Shown here: positions 34,890 to 40,802 of the stretch, piece after piece
Numbering within the stretch: position 1 is the stretch's first letter
Layout of the letters: each line of letters starts with the position of its first letter
IMG/VR virus record: IMGVR_UViG_3300011339_000822
Span: 1 to 40,802 of that record
Strand: one strand, 5' to 3'
DNA: 40,802 nt
Source: a virus
Taxonomy: Duplodnaviria > Caudoviricetes
Position numbers and translations under genes: made by a program
Notes under the pieces: generated by a model
What the model was told of the DNA's origin: nothing
What the model saw: only the letters and a program-made list of their open reading frames with translations
Databases searched by the model: none

Positions 34890-35511
34890 ATTTGTAACGT
34901 ACAATAAATGCTTCAGTTTTTGAATCAATACCTAGAAATTTTGCAGGAAATTTTTCTACAAAAACAAGCCCACTCGTAGCTTTGAATTCTTCAAGTACTG
35001 AGTGTTCTAGTACTTGCGTAATATAAACATCAGCACCGGGATTAAGATGTTTACCGATGTTTGCATAAAATTCTTTGTGTAAGTTCCAATCCAAGTCAAT
35101 AGTAAGTCGATGATTATTATCATATGAATCGTTTTTAACCATCCAATAATCTTCGCTACAATGAGGCGGGTTTGCAACAACCAGATCAAATTTTTCGCCA
35201 TCAGGTAAATCACCTATTTTTCCTAGTACATGATAACTTATTTTGTGACCAATATTGTTTTTTTCTGCGTTTTCTTTTGCTGTTATTAATGCAGGTTCGT
35301 AAATATCCATCAATGTAAAGTTATCGCATATATCAGCATCTATTAAACTAAATGCTATTGCTGACAATCCAGCGCACCATTCTAGTCCTTTGTTGTATTT
35401 TTTGCCATGGGTTATGGCATTTAAAAAATCTACATAATGAGTAGAGCCGCCACCATCGTCACCCCGATTCCAATTAATATGAGTGCCGTTTTTGAATGTT
35501 ATTGATTCCAT
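34879..35511 (-). CDS. Class I SAM-dependent methyltransferase (MTS/HemK-like)
   Basis: LEWCAG motif I, acidic MDI and FDLVVANPPH motif IV. Confidence 0.8.
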   Translation of the reverse strand: MESITFKNGTHINWNRGDDGGGSTHYVDFLNAITHGKKYNKGLEWCAGLSAIAFSLIDADICDNFTLMDIYEPALITAKENAEKNNIGHKISYHVLGKIGDLPDGEKFDLVVANPPHCSEDYWMVKNDSYDNNHRLTIDLDWNLHKEFYANIGKHLNPGADVYITQVLEHSVLEEFKATSGLVFVEKFPAKFLGIDSKTEAFIVRYKYET

Positions 35512-35843
35512 TATTCTTTCCTTAAGAAAATTAATTTGTCTTTATTACTTTGCCACTCATCTGCGTTAGGTAATGGTTCTTTTCGTTTTGTAATATTAGG
35601 CCATTTAGTTGACAATTCAGTATTGATATCTAACCACTTCTTTAGTTCGATTGGATCTTTTATATCGTCATCTGTTACAATAGCGTTAACTGGACATTCT
35701 GGAATGCAGACTCCGCAGTCAATGCATTCATCTGGGTTAATTGCTAAGAAGTTTGGTCCTTCGTAGAAGCAATCTACGGGGCATACAATTACGCAATCCG
35801 TGTATTTGCAGTTAATACAACTCTCTGTTACTAAGTGTGTCAT
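35511..35843 (-). CDS. fdxA: 7Fe ferredoxin (Azotobacter FdI type)
   Basis: [51 protein letters not shown] and C-terminal WPNIT...PLPNADEW. Confidence 0.95.
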   Translation of the reverse strand: MTHLVTESCINCKYTDCVIVCPVDCFYEGPNFLAINPDECIDCGVCIPECPVNAIVTDDDIKDPIELKKWLDINTELSTKWPNITKRKEPLPNADEWQSNKDKLIFLRKE

Positions 35844-36079
35844 TTTACGTAAAATTTCCTAATGTGTTCTCTTGCGCTATCGTCGGGTAATATACTTAGC
35901 ACATAATTTGATTCGTTATATTTTTTGCAAAAGGCATCACCTAATTTAAGATCACCTTTAATCTGCTCAAAAAGAAACCCTTTGCAAAAATCTTCAAATT
36001 CTTGTTTAGTAATTTTAAAATCTTTTTGTCCCTTGCCTAGAGTTTGTAATTCTAGTTGCTTTACCATCTTATCAAACAT
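35840..36079 (-). CDS. Hypothetical protein
   Basis: 79 aa ORF, LGDAFC motif. Confidence 0.65.
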   Translation of the reverse strand: MFDKMVKQLELQTLGKGQKDFKITKQEFEDFCKGFLFEQIKGDLKLGDAFCKKYNESNYVLSILPDDSAREHIRKFYVK

Positions 36080-36082
36080 CTA

Positions 36083-36622
36083 TTAATCCCACAAGCTACG
36101 AAAGTATTTACCAAATAATTCAAGACCTTCTTGTATTTTTTGGTCATGTAACATGTGTCCTGCATGATCGTACCAATGTGCATCTGGATACTTATCGACC
36201 ATTTGAAATGTATCTTCTATTTTACCTGTAATTGGATTAGGAAATGTCTTGTCTGTTTTGACCCAATCATAGTCGCTAGTACCATGATGATATTTTTCAT
36301 CATAATCCCCTTTAATTAATTGTTCAAATGACCAAATCATTTTATCTAGTATATCGTCCCATCGTTGTGCCGCAATGTTCCAAGATTCTTGGTGAGTTTC
36401 TTTGTAAAAGTCAAAACTATCTTGCTCACTCCAATCCTCTCCACCTACATCATTAACTAGTTCGCTTGGTATGCCTTGTTTAGTATTTTTAAGTTGAATC
36501 AGTGCAGGGTAAATAACCAATGCTAATGTATGATCTAAATTCCACGTATCGTAATTATCAATCTGCACATTAATTTTTCTACGGTCGTTTGTCTTTTTAA
36601 ATTTTCCGATATTGATTTTCAT
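36083..36622 (-). CDS. Conserved phage hypothetical protein
   Basis: DTWNLDHTLA, WDDILDKMIWSF and GLELFGKYFRSLWD. Confidence 0.75.
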   Translation of the reverse strand: MKINIGKFKKTNDRRKINVQIDNYDTWNLDHTLALVIYPALIQLKNTKQGIPSELVNDVGGEDWSEQDSFDFYKETHQESWNIAAQRWDDILDKMIWSFEQLIKGDYDEKYHHGTSDYDWVKTDKTFPNPITGKIEDTFQMVDKYPDAHWYDHAGHMLHDQKIQEGLELFGKYFRSLWD

Positions 36623-36987
36623 TTGATAATCTCTTTTTCACTCTTAACCTTACCGTCAATAAATGCATATATTTCTTCACCGATCATTACTGCGGCATAT
36701 TTAACATTGTTATATTTCTTTGCAAGTATAGCAAGGTCATCTAATGATTTAGCCTGACATAAGAATGTCTTATCTTCTCGGTTATACAAGTAAAGAACAT
36801 CGTTTGTTTTTTCTATATAAAGTTGTTCAACAATAGGGTCTTCTTCAAGTTCAGGATCAATTTCTTTAACTAAACCTATTCGTTTTGCTTCTTTATAAAC
36901 TAGATGACGCAACCGATAGGCTGTAACACCCATACCAACTTCGTACCCTACCCAAAAAACAAGTCCAAGAATAATAAGTTCTAACAT
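36619..36987 (-). CDS. Membrane-anchored hypothetical protein
   Basis: N-terminal TM; LYLY...FLCQA. Confidence 0.7.
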   Translation of the reverse strand: MLELIILGLVFWVGYEVGMGVTAYRLRHLVYKEAKRIGLVKEIDPELEEDPIVEQLYIEKTNDVLYLYNREDKTFLCQAKSLDDLAILAKKYNNVKYAAVMIGEEIYAFIDGKVKSEKEIIK

Positions 36988-36990
36988 AGT

Positions 36991-37272
36991 TTATTTATTA
37001 ATTTTTAAATTAGACCATTGTTTAAGTTTTTCAAATTTCTTTTTCTTTGCTTTAGTTAAGCCCTCAACTGTAATACCTACATTGTTATCAGTTAATAACT
37101 CAATCATTGCTAACAGATCACCTAATTCTTCTTCAAGCATTTGAATATTAGTCATTGGCTTGTTTGGTTTAAGATGATCTGGTCCAAATCTAAAACACTT
37201 GCTAACCGCTTGTGTTACTTCTGCACACTCTTCCTGCAAAATTAATAGTATCTCTCTTGTATCTTCGTTCAT
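36991..37272 (-). CDS. MazG-like nucleotide pyrophosphohydrolase
   Basis: QEECAEVTQAVSK...LEEELGDL. Confidence 0.75.
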   Translation of the reverse strand: MNEDTREILLILQEECAEVTQAVSKCFRFGPDHLKPNKPMTNIQMLEEELGDLLAMIELLTDNNVGITVEGLTKAKKKKFEKLKQWSNLKINK

Positions 37273-37565
37273 TCTTCAACTCCAAAATGTTTCTTTTTAT
37301 CTGCTAACTGTTGTTCCATCCATGTAATAGAACGGGCTAACATATCTTCCGTTATTTCTTTTGGGTCAATACCAAAATGTTCTTTGATCCGTGTAGCATT
37401 GCGTTTGACTTCATCAAATGCCAAATCACTTGTATGGCATTCTTCTGTCCATAATGCCAAACAACATTCTCGCACAATCAACTCGGCAAACTCTTGTAGT
37501 CTAACATGACTAATACAATGTTCTACTTGCGCTTTTACGGCAAGTTCTTTAATTTTTTCATTCAT
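37269..37565 (-). CDS. Hypothetical protein, FAELIVREC family
   Basis: MNEKIKELA...FAELIVREC...HFGVEE. Confidence 0.7.
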   Translation of the reverse strand: MNEKIKELAVKAQVEHCISHVRLQEFAELIVRECCLALWTEECHTSDLAFDEVKRNATRIKEHFGIDPKEITEDMLARSITWMEQQLADKKKHFGVEE

Positions 37566-37577
37566 TCTTCAACTCCA

Positions 37578-38105
37578 TTAGTCTTTCTTTTTGTTTGCCA
37601 TCTGTACAATCTTAGGTTCAATATATCGTTTGTGATATTCTTTATAGTTAGTCAAATACAACTCCCATTGAATCCAACGATTCTTTCCTGTCTTTGTGTT
37701 AGTTAAGAACCCCCAATCACGTTGTTGTGGTCCCATAAAAAATAATGTAGTAGCAGGCTTATCATTTTCAAGTTCAAGCCAATGATAGTCATTTGCTTTG
37801 CGGTAAATGATACTACCAGGACCACGCCATGTTTGAAATTCTGCAAACATTTGTCCTTCATTATTAAAGACAGGAGTATGCTCCCAATAACCACCCTTAA
37901 GAACAATTGTCAAATAAGGCCAGGGATGATCGTGCATGATAGGATCGTCACTACGCACAATTTTATGTAGTGTAAGATTAAAGGGAAACCAACTACGGTC
38001 TTTCAGAAAGAGATAATAGCGGTGCATATAGTCTTGTCCTGTTCTGCGATCAGGAATCAAACGATAACGACCTAGCTTATTCATTACTCTGTGAAAGAAA
38101 CTCAT
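37578..38105 (-). CDS. Cupin-fold protein
   Basis: HDHPWPY...GGYWE and later H; TLFFMGP. Confidence 0.7.
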   Translation of the reverse strand: MSFFHRVMNKLGRYRLIPDRRTGQDYMHRYYLFLKDRSWFPFNLTLHKIVRSDDPIMHDHPWPYLTIVLKGGYWEHTPVFNNEGQMFAEFQTWRGPGSIIYRKANDYHWLELENDKPATTLFFMGPQQRDWGFLTNTKTGKNRWIQWELYLTNYKEYHKRYIEPKIVQMANKKKD

Positions 38106-38136
38106 TGATTACCCCTATGAAATTAGTGTGTACGTT

Positions 38137-38165
38137 ATTATAACATACTTTTGAATTAAATGCAA
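38137..38165 (-). promoter_or_regulatory. sigma70 promoter
   Basis: Minus strand TTGCAT-17 bp-TATAAT. Confidence 0.7.
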
Positions 38166-38170
38166 GTAGG

Positions 38171-38193
38171 AAAAGGGCGATAAACGCCCTTTT
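38171..38193 (-). terminator. Intrinsic terminator
   Basis: AAAAGGGCG-ATAAA-CGCCCTTTT. Confidence 0.8.
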
Positions 38194-38212
38194 GACCCAA
38201 TCTAGTTAAAGA

Positions 38213-38473
38213 TTAAACTAGACCCATTGCTAAGGCTTTGTAACCTGCGGCTACAACTGCACGTGCGGGTGTACCCAAACGGTACTTAGTGAATGTTTCA
38301 CCGCGTTTGTTGGTACGCTTGTTAGCGTAAACAGCAAAACCACCGCGGATGCGAAGGTCGCTCACGGTTGCTGTTGGGTTAGCAATGCCGAAACGGCTAG
38401 TGATTTGCTTTGCGGTGAGTTCTTCACCTTTCTTTAGTGCCTCAAGTAAGGCTGTTTGCTTAGTTGCGTTCAT
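38213..38473 (-). CDS. Winged-helix DNA-binding protein
   Basis: LLEALKKGEELTAKQITSRFGIANPTATVSDLR; AAGGA RBS; TTGTAT-17-TATAAT promoter upstream, so ATG 38473 is preferred. Confidence 0.75.
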   Translation of the reverse strand: MNATKQTALLEALKKGEELTAKQITSRFGIANPTATVSDLRIRGGFAVYANKRTNKRGETFTKYRLGTPARAVVAAGYKALAMGLV

Positions 38474-38569
38474 TTTTGTTTCCTTTAAAAATTCGTTGTT
38501 CTCACAACGTGAATAGATTATACGATACTTTCTGTCATCATACAATACATATTGGACACCTTGTTTCAT

Positions 38570-39418
38570 TTAGATATCCAAATACTTTAACTCAAACAAA
38601 TCTGCTTGAGGATCATGGCCCCCGTAACCGCGCGGATTACATACCACTCTAGTCGTACCGATCATATAATCAAATGGGTCATGCATGTGGCCGTGAGTCC
38701 AAAGAACAATCTGTGGATTGTCCAAAATCAATTCACTTAAATCACTACGATAACCACCGTTCATTAAATAATCGTTTGCATAGCGTGGATGAGTACTCAT
38801 TGACGAAGGACCATGATGGCCTACAAACACAACTTTCTTATCCTTCATATCGGGCAATACTGCCTTAAGATATCCAACAGTCTGATGATGGCGATGCATT
38901 ATATGTGCAGGCCGCAACTTAGTATAACCAAGTTCATCGTTGCGAATGATTCTAAAATCATTCATCATATCAGTTAAGGCATGCATTGTCAATGGATCAC
39001 CCTTATTGCAATCAGTCCACAATGTAGCACCAATAAAGGACACTTCATTGATAACCTTTATATCACGTTCTAAAAAGTAAACATTAGGAAACTTTGCACA
39101 TTCATCACGCAAATGTTGTAAGCTAGCCTTCCACTTACCGTGATAGAATTCATGGTTACCTGCAACATACACAACATGCGGAAACTGAAAACTGCAACGC
39201 TTTAAAAAGTCGCGGAATCGTAATGCAGTTTGTTGTCTGCGTCCGAGGTCAGCAAGATTAAAACTAGAGTACATCCCATAATCCATTTCGGGATGATTGT
39301 GCAGGTCTTCTGCAACCAGTATGTCGCCCGACAATATAAGAACCTCAGCATTTTCTGTGTTCTTGAGGTTGATATCCTGAAACTCTAAGTGCAGGTCACT
39401 TGCTAATGCGATTTTCAT
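38570..39418 (-). CDS. Calcineurin-like metallophosphoesterase
   Basis: SDLHLE, LSGDI, AGNHE, GATLWTD, HH, HGHMH and CNPRGY. Confidence 0.88.
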   Translation of the reverse strand: MKIALASDLHLEFQDINLKNTENAEVLILSGDILVAEDLHNHPEMDYGMYSSFNLADLGRRQQTALRFRDFLKRCSFQFPHVVYVAGNHEFYHGKWKASLQHLRDECAKFPNVYFLERDIKVINEVSFIGATLWTDCNKGDPLTMHALTDMMNDFRIIRNDELGYTKLRPAHIMHRHHQTVGYLKAVLPDMKDKKVVFVGHHGPSSMSTHPRYANDYLMNGGYRSDLSELILDNPQIVLWTHGHMHDPFDYMIGTTRVVCNPRGYGGHDPQADLFELKYLDI

Positions 39419-39729
39419 AACCATTTGTATGCTGTGTGATTGTTGAGGAATCGGACACTTGCCTTACCTCTTGTTGCAAAATATTTTTCTTCAAATAGAT
39501 TATACACCCTTCTGTATTTCTTTTGAACTGGTTCGGGTGCATGACAACCTAAATAGTGTAGTTTACTAAATATCCTAAGTAATGTTTGACGATTAACTTG
39601 CCATCCTACTGGATACCATCTTACACGGCTACGCCAATTATATGCTTCATTTCGTCCTGTTGCTAACCGATAACGAATGCGATATTTTTTATTAAGTTCA
39701 ATTGGTCTATATTTTTGTGGTAGCTTCAT
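39415..39729 (-). CDS. Basic hypothetical protein
   Basis: 104 aa Arg/Lys-rich ORF in operon. Confidence 0.6.
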   Translation of the reverse strand: MKLPQKYRPIELNKKYRIRYRLATGRNEAYNWRSRVRWYPVGWQVNRQTLLRIFSKLHYLGCHAPEPVQKKYRRVYNLFEEKYFATRGKASVRFLNNHTAYKWL

Positions 39730-39732
39730 ATA

Positions 39733-39864
39733 TTATGAAATTGTTTCCATTTCTGTAAGTAGTACATCGGCAAATTGCTGACAAAAAATATTGAACCACA
39801 ATTCATCAAGCATTTCTTCAGGTGCTCCTGCTTTCAAAACCAATTGTTTTAATTCTTCATTCAT
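39733..39864 (-). CDS. Small protein related to the FAELIVREC family (43 aa)
   Basis: MNEELKQLVLKAGAPEEMLDELWFNIFCQQFADVLL...; GGAG RBS. Confidence 0.6.
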   Translation of the reverse strand: MNEELKQLVLKAGAPEEMLDELWFNIFCQQFADVLLTEMETIS

Positions 39865-40045
39865 TCTTCAACTCCAAATTTATTCCATCAATCAACATCA
39901 TATCCATAGCACACTTGTGACAGATATAACGAAATCGTGTATCAAGGTCAGCATAAGTTTCATTCTCGTGGTTCATTGTATCGCAATATGAACACAAAAT
40001 CCTCACACGATTATGACGATTTATTTTGACCTTTTCAAGTTTCAT
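39857..40045 (-). CDS. Small Zn-binding hypothetical protein
   Basis: CSYC...CHKC. Confidence 0.6.
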   Translation of the reverse strand: MKLEKVKINRHNRVRILCSYCDTMNHENETYADLDTRFRYICHKCAMDMMLIDGINLELKNE

Positions 40046-40311
40046 TCTTCAACTCCGAAATGTTTCTTAATCGCCTTTGTGCCTTGACGCTTTATGCTAC
40101 CTTGATATGGATCCATTTCTTTCCAAGTATCAACTTCTGATTCAAACGCTTCGGCACATTCCCTAACAATCAACTCGGCGAACTTTTCCTTACTGAAGAT
40201 TAGTTCTCCATCCGATTCTACAAGACTCTGTGCGGCAAACCGTTCTAACATTGGTATATCTTTCTTTTTTGGAAAGTCAATGGGATTGCGTGTGTTTGTA
40301 TAATGTGTCAT
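40042..40311 (-). CDS. Hypothetical protein, FAELIVREC family
   Basis: KFAELIVRECA...IKKHFGVEE. Confidence 0.7.
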   Translation of the reverse strand: MTHYTNTRNPIDFPKKKDIPMLERFAAQSLVESDGELIFSKEKFAELIVRECAEAFESEVDTWKEMDPYQGSIKRQGTKAIKKHFGVEE

Positions 40312-40478
40312 TCTTCATCCTTTTGTAATTGTTGTAAGTGTTCAATCATCTCCGGAATCACACGCTTGTCCAAGGTGACAACTACCCTACCATATCTGTG
40401 TAATTGTATAGCAAAAGTATCACCATTGTCAATCACGCTGACATATGGATCACCGCTGGTTGTGTTGATGGTCTTCAT
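40308..40478 (-). CDS. Hypothetical protein
   Basis: MKTINTTSGDPYVSVIDNG...; ATG 40478 preferred. Confidence 0.55.
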   Translation of the reverse strand: MKTINTTSGDPYVSVIDNGDTFAIQLHRYGRVVVTLDKRVIPEMIEHLQQLQKDEE

Positions 40479-40492
40479 TGGTAGTGCTTGAT

Positions 40493-40726
40493 TCACGATG
40501 CCCACCTCAACGCAAACCAAGTTGCCAACTTAGGATCTTTAACTGTGATAGTGGGCACATACCGTCCTTCATTTTGAGGACTATTAGGTTTGGGAATAAA
40601 CACCCGATCATAAAACCAAGCATACGCGGCACAGTCTTTGGTATTAGTCATATTTCCTCTGCCCACATTCTCATACAACCATTCAACACACCCTTCAGGC
40701 ACACCTTGATTGAACTCTACTCTCAT
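40493..40726 (-). CDS. Small hypothetical protein
   Basis: CVEWLYENVG...KDPKLATWFALRW. Confidence 0.7.
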   Translation of the reverse strand: MRVEFNQGVPEGCVEWLYENVGRGNMTNTKDCAAYAWFYDRVFIPKPNSPQNEGRYVPTITVKDPKLATWFALRWAS

Positions 40727-40802
40727 ACATTCCCCAATCCTACACGACTATAACCCAATTTGGATTTGATTTCCTTGCGGTCTTGATTACTATCTGGTCG
40801 CC

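Noticed and set aside
1-40802. Stop-codon reassignment, tRNA genes, diversity-generating retroelement
   Set aside because: Recognisable genes are full length in the standard code; no cloverleaf, reverse transcriptase or TR/VR pair was seen by eye.

Overview
AT-rich, gene-dense 40.8 kb segment with no rRNA, tRNA or CRISPR array that I could find. It is most consistent with a large (jumbo, T4-related) tailed phage genome infecting a proteobacterium, possibly a freshwater betaproteobacterium (inferred from the PstS, ErpA, FdxA and IF-1 sequences). Layout: (1) 1-2.3 kb, end of a sugar/surface-modification cluster; (2) 2.3-15.8 kb, + strand early/accessory region of small genes driven by many near-consensus sigma70 promoters of one family (TTGACAATAAAT-N11-TATAAT), including a Pho-box-preceded pstS-plcP-glycosyltransferase module; (3) 15.8-26.3 kb, - strand, two fibre-like structural genes plus host-like genes (erpA, infA, nucleotidase); (4) 26.4-33.6 kb, + strand block csgF-csgG-curlin-FecR-curlin-CHASE2 adenylate cyclase-secreted protein-S11 peptidase; (5) 33.6-40.8 kb, - strand small genes (dCMP deaminase, methyltransferase, fdxA, MazG-like, cupin, phosphoesterase). 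The best candidates for an undescribed system are the curli-like/FecR/cyclase block and the phosphate-starvation lipid-remodelling module. All family calls come from motif recognition by eye; no database search was run.
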